Shown piece after piece: positions 52,480 through 64,000 of a stretch of DNA of 64,000 nucleotides (position 1 is the stretch's first letter; every line of letters starts with the position of its first letter). The translations under genes were made by a program, and so were the position numbers. Origin of the DNA: Octopus vulgaris (Eukaryota); contig OX597839.1 of NCBI GenBank assembly GCA_951406725.2, forward strand, positions 13,206,001 to 13,270,000, written 5' to 3'. The notes below the pieces were generated by a model. It had not been told where the DNA came from. It saw nothing but the letters and a program-made list of their open reading frames with translations, and searched no databases.

Positions 52480-52892
52480 TCTTTTTTTTTTACCAAAACC
52501 TGGATGCCCTAAGACTTCTGTGACTGAAAAAAATGAGATGTTAGTAGCTATGACATTTGTAAACAGTTCAAAGTCCACACAATGTGCTTCTCTAGAACTA
52601 TCCATGCCGAGAACATCATTGCAATGCCTAATGCATAAGCTGAAATTAAAACCTTTCCATCCACGACTGGTACATGGTGTTAGAGTGTATCTGAAGAGTG
52701 TTATGAAGAGGTTTGAAGAATGTTGCTATGTTGAAGGAGGACATTTTGAGCCTTTGAGAGATTAAACATTGTCTGTTTAAGATGTGCATAAACAATATGA
52801 TTGTAAGATAGAAATTTAAATGTAATAAAATGTTTTAAAAGATATTTAAAGTGCCTGCATGATAACTGTAAACCTACTTTTGAGCCACCCTG
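52480..52892 (+). mobile_element. Internally deleted Tc1/mariner-like remnant
   Basis: HTH-like STQCASLELSMPRTSLQCLMHKLKLKPF fused to C-terminal KRFEECCYVEGGHFEPL; right end ctacttttgagccaccctg-TA. Confidence 0.65.
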
Positions 52893-52989
52893 TATATAAA
52901 TACGCATTTCAGCAAAATTAAGCCATAATAATTACATAATCATAGTAGAAACATTATACGCTCATTAATTTCACCACACCAATGCCCTG

Positions 52990-53040
<51 letters not shown>

Positions 53041-53905
53041 CGTAGTTGTAGGAGTGGCTGTGTGGTAAGTGGCTTGCTTACCAAACCACATGGTTCCGGA
53101 TACAGAGAAAAATAAAAAAGAGCCACCCTCTAACTGTCCCACGAGGTCCATTTCTTTGTCATTTTTAGACTATTGGGAATTTCTGATAGGAATTCCACTG
53201 CCATAACAAGATAATGAGTAATGTCAAATGACAGGATATTTCTGGCGATTATCATCAGGTCGCCATTACTTTCTCTATACTGGCTGTTTCTTATCTCACC
53301 AACAGGAAGTCCACTCCATTCTTACAGCAAAGGTTACGACCTCTAATGACGGTTCACTTGCAGTGGACAAAAATATTTGTTTCTTCTCAATGACCTCATG
53401 CTTATAATATGGGGCCCATGACAGAAATATTAATTAGAGGCTTAATTATGAAATCCTTTCAAGTATGACATAGTCACATCTCTGGGTTTTTTTGTTTTTT
53501 TGTGTTTTCTGTTTATTTTATGTAAAGTTTTGTTACATTAATTTTAATGTTTCGAATAATCACCTCTTCAGTGCATGTATGTGTGTGTGTGTGTGTATGT
53601 ATATATATATATATATATATGTATATGTATATATATATGTATATGTATATATATATGTATATATATGTATATATGTGCATATCATCATCATCATCATCAT
53701 CCTTTAACGTCCGTTTTCCATGCTGACATGGGTTGGACGGTTTATGTGCATATATGTATATATATATGTATATATGTATGTATATATATATGTGTGTGTG
53801 TGTGTGTGTATATATATGCGTATATATATGTGTGTATATATATATGCGTATATATATGTGTATATATATATGCATATATATATATGCGTATATATATATA
53901 TATGC

Positions 53906-53971
<66 letters not shown>

Positions 53972-54365
53972 CTCTTTTACTTGTTTCAGCCATTTTGACT
54001 ATGGCTGTACTGGAGCACCGCCTTTAGTCAAACAAATCAGCCCTTGGACTTATTTTTTGTAAGCCTGGTACTCATTCTATCGGTTTTTTTTTTGCTGAAC
54101 CACTAGGTTATAGGGACATAAACACACCAACATCAGTTGCAATGGGATGGTGGAGGGACAAACACACACAACACACACGCAAATCTATACATATATATAT
54201 TCAACAAGCTTCTTTCAGTTTCCGTCTACCAAATCCACTCACAAGGTTTTGGTCGGCCCAAGGTTATTGTAGAAGACACTTGCTCAAGGTGACATGGAGT
54301 GAATCTGAACCTGGAACCATGTGGTTGGTAAGCAAGCTACTTACCACTCATCCACAGCTGCGCCT
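53972..54365 (-). mobile_element. SINE family A
   Basis: Reverse complement of the family A sequence. Confidence 0.82.
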
Positions 54366-55584
54366 ATATATACATATATATATATATACACACACACATA
54401 TATATATATACCTATATATATACATATATATATGCAGTCATACATGCATACATAATGTGTGTGTGTGTATATCCTCATCATCATCATCATTTAGCGTCTG
54501 TTGTCCATTCTGGCAGGGGTTGGACAGTTTGACCAGGGCTAGCAAGCTGGGTGGTTGCACCACATTCAAGTCTGTTTTGGCATAGTTTCTACAGCTGGAT
54601 GCCCTTCCTGTAAGCTAACCCTTATCTCTTTTTTGAACTAAATTAAAAACACAGAGCCAACGCTTAATTTGTTAGCAAAGGAAAGACAACAGATTTCATT
54701 GTAAATGAAGTTTGCTATCTATAAACATTCCCACAGACACTTAAGTAGATGTACAAATGTATGTAAATATATATGTATATATAGAATTATATAACTGCTA
54801 TCAATAGCAGAAGTATGAATAAATATACGTATGGAAATCCTATGTGATACTTTTAATTGGTATGCTTAGTCTGTCTGTGAGAATATAACCTATGAATTAA
54901 CCACAGGAGCTTCAGAAGTTCAAAGTAAACCTCATAAACCTCATCGAGTTGGTTTCAACTGGGCTTCTATTAACTTTTCACTGTTATTGCAGCCAATGAG
55001 AAAGCTTGTGTCATGTGCTGTTGGTTGTTAAGCAAGAAATGATGTAGTTTCATTTACAATAGTCATGTGACTAGCTAACCCAGCAGCCACTGAAAGGGGT
55101 CTGCATCACATCAGCCCAAGCACATCATTATTATTGTTTGTTTGGTTTTTTAAAGCTGTTTATCCATGCTTGTAAGAGTTGGTGACAGGAGTTACTTCGC
55201 AGAGTCTCACGCCTCTTCTTGCAGTCTTTTGTCATTTCTTTTTATGAGAGTTACTCGCATGAGATCCACTTTTACTTCTTTTTCCCATGGCCAACTTGGT
55301 CTTCATCTTCCACAGGTTTCTTCTACAGGAAACTATGTATATTTCTTTACTGCCCACAAGGGGCTAAACATAGAGGGGACAAACATGGATAGACATAGAT
55401 ATTAAGTCGATTACATCGATCCCAGTGCATAACTGGTACTTAATTTATCGACCTCGAAAGGATGAAAGGCAAAGTCGACCTCGGCGGAATTTGAACTCAG
55501 AACGTAACGACAGACGAAATACCACTAAGCATTTCTCCCGGCGCGCTAACGTTTCTGCCAGCTCGCCGCCCTAGGAAACTATGT

Positions 55585-55975
55585 AGGCGCAGGAGTTGGC
55601 TGTGTGGTAAGTAGCTTGCTTACCAACCACATGGTTCCGGGTTCAGTCCCACTGCGTGGCACTTTGGGCAAGTGTCTTCTACTATAGCCTCATGAGTGGA
55701 TCTGGTGGACGGAAACTGAAAGAAGCCTGTCATATATATGTATATATATATGTATATGTGTGTGTGTTTGTGTGTCTGTGTTTGTCCCTCCAACATCGCT
55801 TGACAACTGATGCTGGTGTGTTTGCGTCCCCGTAACCTAGCGGTTTGGCAAAAGAGACTGAAAGAGTAAGTACTAGGCTTACAAAGAATAAGTCCTCGGT
55901 TGGATTTGCTTGACTAAAGGTGGTGCTCCAGTATGGCCACAATCAAATGACTGAAACAAGTAAAAGAGTAAAAGA
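55585..55975 (+). mobile_element. SINE family A
   Basis: Colinear with 2078-2490. Confidence 0.85.
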
Positions 55976-56491
55976 GGAACACTTCCCGTCATCCTTCCTA
56001 TATATCACATGCCCTTACCAGCTCAACTTTCTCTCTTGCACACTACATCTGATTCCTTTAATACTCAATTTTTCTTTTGGCTCATTTGTGTTCTGTAGTT
56101 CATATACATTGTGGAAGCACAATGGCCCAGTGGTTAGGGCAGCGGACTTGCAGTTGGAGAATCGCAGTTTCAATTCCCAGACCAGGCGTTGTGTGTGTTT
56201 ATTGAGCGAAAACACCTAAAAGCTCCACGAGGCTCCGGCAGGGTGGGGTGGCCACAACTTTTTCTCACTCTCGCTTCCTGTTTCTTGAGTAATGCTGTGA
56301 TGGACTGGTGTCCCGTCCACCTGGGGTGGAATACATATGCCACAGAAACCAGGAAACCGGGTGCATGAGCCTGGCTAATCTTGAAAAGGGCAACGTTTTT
56401 TACGTTTTTGGTTCATGTACATTAACATTACACATCCAAATAGCGCATATTCTCATTTCATTCCAGTCTTTTTTGTATTCTCTGTATTTAA

Positions 56492-57035
56492 CCCTTTAGC
56501 ATTCAGATTGCTCTGTCAAATGTAATTGCTTCTTTGTTCACATTGTTTTGAATTAAGCTTGCATTATCTTGTAACATGAAGATTTTGGTGATATGATTGT
56601 TTATTTTTATATTATCAGCATAGGGTAGGTGTGTGAGGCAGGACCTGGCCAGTTTGAATATAAAGCAGGCAAAAATATTTTGGCCGGATACTAAATACTA
56701 AGTGGAGACACGATGGCCCAGTGGTTAGGGCAGTGGACACGTGGTCGGAGGATCGCGGTTTCGATTCCCAGACTAGGCGTTGTGTTTGTTTATTGAGCGA
56801 AAACACCTAAAGCTCCACGAGGCTCCAGCAAGGGGTGGTGGTGACCCCTGTTGTACTCTTTCGCCACAACTTTCTCTCACACTCTCTTCCTGTTTCTTGA
56901 GTAATGCTGTAATGGACTAGCGTCCCATCCAGCTGGTGGGGGGGGGACATATATACACAGAAACCGGGAAACTGGGCCCATGAGCCTGGCTAGGCTTGAA
57001 AAGGACGACATTTATTGTTACTAAATACTAAAGGG
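56492..57035. mobile_element. piggyBac-like MITE interrupted by a family C SINE
   Basis: TTAA-CCCTTTAG ... CTAAAGGG-TTAA; the SINE at 56702-57015 is flanked by duplicated tactaaatactaa. Confidence 0.72.
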
Positions 57036-57401
57036 TTAATGACCTTGTTTTACTACCTTGCAACTGTACTTCACGCACAAACATCATACAGTCATTGGCA
57101 GCTCACCCAGCTTATGTGTCAGGCAATATCCGTGAGGGTGCTTGGCTGTTCCAATGCCTTAGCTTCACCATTGCCTGTGATAATACTGCGTGTGTGTTGC
57201 CTTGCTTCAGTAGGTTTCAATGAACCATATGGTATGTGACCAATTGAAGCACTTGGTGTTGAATTCATGTTTTTTTTTCTTTCTTTCATCTCCTTTTTTC
57301 TTTCTTTGCTTCTGTTCGTGTTTTCTTCAGTTTTGGATTTGTATTTTAATGTGGTTTTGTATTATATATGTATCATATACATACGTGTTATATCTATAAT
57401 T

Positions 57402-57817
57402 GGATCTTTTCGGTTTGAACGGCAGTTTTTAACATAATTTCTAGGTAACTAAAAAATTTTAAACTTCGTATACTGGTAGAATGTGTTTATAAAACATCTT
57501 TTTCTCTTGACTTTATTGAGAAAATTCTATAGTTTGTAAGATATTTGTTGTTTTTTTTCTTCAATTTCTGCAATTTCAACCAATCAATGACGTCCATTGA
57601 GGTAAATAACATTCTGTGCCGTATGAATATGTCCCTTGTTTAAGAAACAGATTGGGTTTATTTACATTTGTGAAGAAAAAAAGATACCCTTCCCCCCATC
57701 CCCACCCCTAACCCTAACCCAGATTGAAATGCAATAGATCGATACTAGGGTCATAATTATGGGTGACAATTTCATATGGCACCGCTAGAAATAACTGCCG
57801 TTCAACCAAAAAGATCC
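57402..57817 (+). mobile_element. Same MITE, copy 3
   Basis: Same TIRs; exact 8-bp target duplication ctataatt. Confidence 0.82.
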
Positions 57818-58358
57818 CTATAATTATTAAATTATCTCCAGTTTTCATACAATTTACCCTGCATTCAGAAAGAGAATGAACCCTTTTTTTTTTGTCACCC
57901 TTGTTCTTACTCTGGCTACAATGCATTCATAACACTTTCCTCAACTTCCAATTAGGTCACCTAGAAAATAGAAACTTTCAAGTACTAGCTAAGGAATCCG
58001 TCAAAAAGGTATCCCTTGTGTTAGTTACATGACAAGCTGATCCAGTAACCAATGAGTGAGGTTGTGTTAGTCATGTGACCTTGCTTGAACATGGGTTAAT
58101 GAGAGCAATTCTGGCATTATCAACAATAGTTGTATTAACAACATCATTGGGAGCCCAAAAAAGTGCTTCTACCTTGTCACTGTACTTGCCAGAAATAGCA
58201 GTCAAAACTTCTTCAAATCACTCTATAGTGTGATCGGATCCTGGGTGCTTTGTTTAACTAAAAGAATGTCACATCTGGAATGTCTTTTATCATAAGTGTG
58301 ATTGATGAAGGCTGACTTTAAGCTGAACAACAACAACAACAGCAACAGCAGCATTAAC

Positions 58359-58858
58359 TGGAGGCGCAATGGCCCAGTGGTTAGGGTAGCAGACTTGCAG
58401 TCGTAAGAATGCACTTTCGATTCCCAGACCGGGCATTGTGAGTGTTTATTGAGCAAAAACACCTAAGCTCCACGAGGCTCCGGCGGGGAGGGGTGGAGAA
58501 CATCGCTGTACTCTTTCACCACAACTTTCTCTCACTCTTTCTTCCTACTTCTGCCACAAAGCAGAGGAACCATGGTGTAACCCACTATGGTGTGGTAAAC
58601 TTTCAGACCCTAGTCTAGATTGCTAATCCTCTGTACCCCAGGATGGTTCTGCTCTCCACCTGTTAAAAGCCACCGTTTACGGAATGGGGATAACAATGTA
58701 GCTTTCGCGCCCGTGCAACCGCCAGTCTATCGCGTGTGGTAGGTGGATCTTCAAGTTGCCACACGCATTCTTAGTAGCTTAGAGTAGGCTCGAATGAGAG
58801 ATTATTCTCTGTGGTTAATGGCGTGAGTCCTGATTGGAAGAAGAAGAAGAAGAAGAAG
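58359..58858 (+). mobile_element. SINE family C, tail type 4 ending in (GAA)n
   Basis: Same head; ~300-bp unrelated body; gcagcatt repeated near both ends. Confidence 0.72.
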
Positions 58859-60494
58859 GCAGCATTGTCAATCATCTTCCCAAATCTTGTATTATCCACA
58901 CATAACCTGAATACCATATCTCAAACCTGTGTTGTTTCCATTAACAGAGTCCTGGAAAGCATCCTCCTGTGGAATCCTGCTGATCTTGTTTCTTGTAACA
59001 GTTAAAATATGAAGCTCCACTAAAATCCTTTCTACTATAGACATAAGGCTTGAAATCTTCAAGGAGGAGTCTAGCCAGTTATATTGCTCCTAGTGCTCAA
59101 CTGGTACTTAATTTATTGATCTGAAGGCGGCGAGCCTCGTGGAGCTTTTAGGTGTTTTCGCTAAATCTGAGAATCGAAACCGTGATCCTCCGACTGCGAG
59201 TCCGCTGCCCTAACCACTGGGCCATTGCGCCTCCACAGCTCGTTGCCTTAGTGATTCTAAATATTGGTTTCAAATTTTTAGCACAAGGCCAGCAATGTTG
59301 GGGGAGGTAAAGTTACCCTCTCTAGTCATATCAACTCATAGTTGCTGGTTTTTCGGTTTCATAATGTAAAAATTCGCCACCTGAACAGGATACCAGCTCA
59401 CTGTCTTTACATTCTAGGTTCAAATTCCACGGAGGTCGACTTTGCCTTTTGTCCTTTTGGGATTGACAAATTAATTACCAGTTGCATACTGGGGGCAATC
59501 TAATTGACTGGCCCCCTCCCCAAAATTTCGGGCCATGTACCTAGAGTAGAAAAGTTATATGGTTAGTCCACATTACTCTGTGAGGAGAATAGGGCCAGTT
59601 TCTCCCTGGACATGACACTGGTCCATCACAGGATTACTCATTTTATACCAGCTGAGTGGACTGGAGCAATGTGAAATGAAGGGTTTTGTTCACAAACACA
59701 ATGCATCACCTGGTTCAGCAATGGAAACCACAATCTTACAATCATGAGTGCAACACCCTAACCACTAAGCTATATGCCTGTGCAGTTTTGTGGGAAGGAG
59801 TCGGTCAATTACATCGCCCTCCCCTCCGCCCCCCGGTAGGATGAATGCCAAAGTTGACCTCAATGGAATTTGAATCCAGAATGTAAACTCGGATGAAATG
59901 CCATTAAGCATTTTGCCTGGCATGCTAATGATTCTACCAGCTAGCCACCTTGAAAGACATTATGTATCTTGGTGCAAGTTGACAAAAGAAGAAGAAGAAA
60001 ATAATATATTGATATAGGATTGTTTAAATTCCATTGACACACAGCTGTCTCACTGGAATAAATCCATATATATTGTGTAGACATTTCTGACATCATATTG
60101 TGTATTGTTCTGAGTGAATATATTGCTCTATTCATTAAGACTGTTTGGTTTACTTATCAACCCATTTAACGGGTTTTTGGGTTGAGCCTATGTATTTTAC
60201 GTCTTTAAGTTACTTGACAAAGGTGAACTTGAAGCAGAGTGTCTTTTTCCTTTTAGAAACTCCATCTACCCTCTCACATGTGTATTGTGAGAATATGGTT
60301 GCATGCATTTTTTATCTTTTTCTACCTATTAGAGTAACTTGCCCTTTATTCAATGGTTTTTTTTTTCATAGCGTCTGTTGCCATTAATAGCTGATGATAA
60401 TGTATCATAGCCCTTCACACTGACATTTGAAACTCCGAGTACTATAATGACAACCTTTTACCATTTGTTCTAAATTATAACACACACACACACA

Positions 60495-60537
<43 letters not shown>

Positions 60538-61330
60538 ACACACACACACACTCACACACACATATATATATCATCATCATCATCACCATCGTTTAACGTC
60601 CGTTTTCCATGCTAGCATGGGGTGGACGGTTCGACCGGGGTCTTATTCTCTATAAGTCTAGTGCTTATTCTATCTGTCACTTTTGCTGAACCACTAAGTT
60701 ACAGGGACATAAACACATTAGTATTGGTTGTCAAGCGATGGAAGAGAGACAAACACACACACACACACACACGCCCACACAAACACACACACACACACAT
60801 AAATATGATGGGCTTCTTTCAGTTTCTATGTATGAAACCCACTCAAAAGGCTTTGGTTAGCCCAAGGCTATAGTAGAAGACTAAGGTGCGATGCAGTGGG
60901 ACTGAACCCAGAACCATGTGGTTGGGAAGCTAGCTTCTTACCACACAGTCACATATATGTAGATGTTGGCTTAGCTGTGTGGTAAGAAGCTTGCTTCCCA
61001 AATACATGGCTCAGATTCAGTCCCACTGTGTGACACCTTAGGCAAGTGTCTTCTAATATAGCCTTGGGCTGACTAAAAAACCTTGTGAGTGGATCTGGTA
61101 GAAGGAAACTGAAAGAAGCCCTGTCCCTAACCACTGCTTGACAACCAGTGTTGGTTTGTTCATGTCCCCATAACTTAACAATTTGACAAAAAGTGTCTGA
61201 TAGAATAAGTACCAGGCTTATAAAACAAAAAATAAGTGCTGGGAACAATTCGTTTGGCTAAAGGTTCTTCAAGTTGGTGCTCCAGGATGGCACAGTCTAA
61301 TGGCTGAAACAAATATATATATATATATAT

Positions 61331-62847
61331 AACTTTTTAGACACCCTGTTAAAACCACTCCTCAAACATGTCAAAAGCTATATAAGGGACGACTTAGATA
61401 TGCTCAATCACCTACCGAATACTATAAACAATAACACCATACTGGTATCCTTCGATGTAGTCAACCTCTACTCCAATATACCCCACAACCTAGGACTAGA
61501 GGCAATCCAATTCTGGCTAGAGAATCACGCCAACGAACTACCACACCGCATCAAAAAAGAATTCGTGATAGAAGGGGTTAAATTCATCCTGGAAAATAAC
61601 TTCTTCGCCTTCAATGACAACTTCTACCGACAAAAATTGGGGACTGCAATGGGTACACGAATGGCCCCCTCCTTTGCCAACCTAGTCATAGGATACCTAG
61701 AGATCAGTCTGTATCGTAAGGTTCTAGAAAGATATGGCAGCCCTTTCTCCATCTACATAGAAAACAACTGGAAGAGATATCTAGATGACTGTTTCATTCT
61801 TTGGCATAAAAATATAGAAAAACTCATAGAATTCCAGGAAATTTTAAACGGACTGGACGTAAACATCCAATTCACGATGGAATATAGCCAGCAACAACTC
61901 CCCTTCCTCGATATCCTCATTAAGAAAGCTAATAATATAATAGAAACAGACATATACTATAAGCCTACAGACTCTAAGCAATATCTTCCATTCAATTCAT
62001 GCCACCCCAGACACACCAGGATGAATATCCCCTTCAATCTAGCAAAAGGATATGCACTATAGTCTCTAATGCAAACACCAGAGACACACGACTACAAGAA
62101 CTAAAAGATACCCTTATCACCAGGAACTATCCACCTTCACTTATTGACAAGTGCATTCAATGTGCCCTTCAACTTAACATCAAGGAACTGAGACATCCCA
62201 AATCAAAGAAAAACTTAGAACCAAAAGCCTTACCATACATCTCCACACACAACCCTCTCAATAACGAAGCCTTCGGCAACATCCTCCACAACATACCCCT
62301 CCTAAAAAAAGACCACAGAATGAACACAATCCTCGAAACACACACGATCATAAAAAGCAAAAGACAGCCTAGATCCATGAAAAGTCTCCTAACACAAGCC
62401 CGAATTCACTCTTCAACACAGAAGCCGACAGTAAAAAAATGTGGAAGACCCAATTGCGGGATATGCGACTATCTAATTGAGGGATCAGAGTTCTCCTTCA
62501 AACAGGGACAACGGTTTACAGTGAAAAGCAACTTCACATGTGCTTCGGAGAACCTAATATACTCACTAACCTGCTCCGGGTGTCAAGAGCAGTACATAGG
62601 CCAAACAAAAAATGGTTTGCGTAAACGAATGGCCCTGCACAGATCCCAGATAAAAATTCCCCAAAACAGAAAAATAGGTTTTAGCCAACACATAGATACT
62701 TGCGCCAACAAAAAAACACCAAACTTCAGGATTTTCCCCCTCTACCAATTTAGGGACGATACAACCTCGAGACAACGAATAAGTAAAGAAAATCTCTTTA
62801 TTACAAAATACAGGCCACTTCTTAACGGGTCTACGACAAACAATTAA
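61331..62847 (+). pseudogene. Penelope RT-GIY-YIG reading frame broken by one -1 frameshift
   Basis: Frame is open from 61331 (NFLDTLLKPLLKHVKSYIRDDLDML...); adding one A to the A-run at 62044-62047 joins IPFNLAK to RICTIVS and fuses the ORFs 61400..62062 and 61999..62847. Confidence 0.88.
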
Positions 62848-63465
62848 TATACCTCAACTTTAGAATAAAAGAAATATATACACACACAAATATTACATTC
62901 CATAGAATCCATTACTAATCAGCCCCATCACAGCTATACTTTCACCCATTCATATTCTCCCTTCTCTGTTTTTTTCTTCTTCTTCCTCTTCTTCTTCATC
63001 ATCATCATTATCATCATCATCGTCGTCATCATCATCACCACCATCATCATCATCATCTTCTCCTTCTCCTTCTTCTTCTTCTTCTTCTTCTTCATCATCA
63101 TCAACATCGTCATCCTCTTCTTCTTCTACTTCTCCACCTTCTACCCCTTAACCTTGTCACTAATGCCTTTCAGTATAACGCCTACGCAAATTCCATAAAC
63201 AATTCCTGAATTGAACTGCGACTGCTGTCCGCCACTGACCATTCAAAATACGACCATCAAGGCATTCCCAGATTTCCCCACCCCCTCTCCACATCAGCCT
63301 TCTGCTTCTCCTACCCTACCAAGAACTCACAACGACCTTGAACACACAAGTGCAAACAAGGGAGTCAGAGAAAGGCAGAATGCCACTTATATCTGAACAC
63401 TACTATAGAAATATTCCTTTAAAAAAACTTTTCTTCTAATTTTTCTAAATTTAATTATTTAATCG

Positions 63466-63509
63466 TTACAGTTGAAAAGGTCTCAAAATGACCGAGACCG
63501 GTACTGAAA
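63466..63509 (+). ncRNA. Variant minimal type I hammerhead motif in the Penelope 3' region
   Basis: CAG-TTGAAAA-GGTC(tcaaaat)GACC-GAGA-CCGG-TA-CTG: stems I and II, palindromic stem III, U3-A8 in place of C3-G8, and GAGA in place of GAAA. Confidence 0.55.
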
Positions 63510-63660
63510 GATTCACTATAAAATTATCTTAGCATTTTCTATTTTTGACTTGTTTTTTCATATATATATATATATATATATACATATATATGTATATGTA
63601 TATATGTATGTATGTGTTATATATGTATGTGTATATAATATATATATATATATATACATG

Positions 63661-63711
<51 letters not shown>

Positions 63712-64000
63712 TAATATATATGTGTGTGTGTATATATATATATATGTGTGTGTGTGTGTTTAAGTCCCACCCACGCTAGCATAGAAGGCGGACGTTAAAT
63801 GACGATGATGATGTATACATATATATAGATATATAGATATAGATGTTTGTGTGTGTGTGTAAATCACTCCTTTCCTGCCAGTCTTTTGTTGAATGAAGTC
63901 TTTTCTTCTTCTGTTCCACATAACAATACAACGGTTAATATTTCTCTGCCAATTGTCTTTACCAATCCGACTCTCATTGGTCTCTTCGTTTGCCAATTCT

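Larger units (their letters stand above)
61331..63559 (+). mobile_element. Penelope-like retroelement (probably Neptune-type), 5'-truncated, inserted in (AT)n
   Basis: RT motifs SFDVVNLYSNIP, QKLGTAMGTRMAP, WKRYLDDCF and LPFLDI; linker CGRPNCGIC; GIY-YIG NLIYSLTCSGCQEQYIGQT..LRKRM..H; stop at 62847; ~700-bp 3' region with a hammerhead-like motif; (AT)n on both sides. Confidence 0.93.

Noticed and set aside
53150-53225. Possible Hillarin-like exon (polypyrimidine tract + AG, later GT)
   Set aside because: Stop codons occur in all three frames

Overview
AT-rich, microsatellite-saturated eukaryotic genomic DNA. The SINE repertoire and (AT)n/(AC)n density look like an octopus/coleoid cephalopod genome (inference). 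Two host genes lie on the + strand: the last four coding exons (1813-8169) of an rdgB/PITPNM phosphatidylinositol-transfer protein (LNS2 domain and C-terminus), and the first coding exon (36860-37306) of a Hillarin-like LIM protein whose next intron appears to run past the window end. The rest is largely mobile DNA: at least five SINE families (labelled A-E here; these are my labels), RTE-LINE fossils, a decayed Tc1/mariner with ~200-bp TIRs, mariner/pogo/hAT/piggyBac/Merlin-like MITEs, two non-autonomous Helitrons, and a 5'-truncated Penelope-like element (RT + GIY-YIG, one frameshift) at 61331-63559. Most notable observations: (1) several short fold-back elements in microsatellites that carry minimal type I hammerhead-ribozyme motifs, one possibly a tRNA-headed SINE with a Penelope-type tail; (2) a composite SINE insertion carrying 86 bp copied exactly from a donor locus 9 kb away; (3) one SINE head joined to four different 3' tails. 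Repeat boundaries were read by eye and are approximate; no database searches were run.
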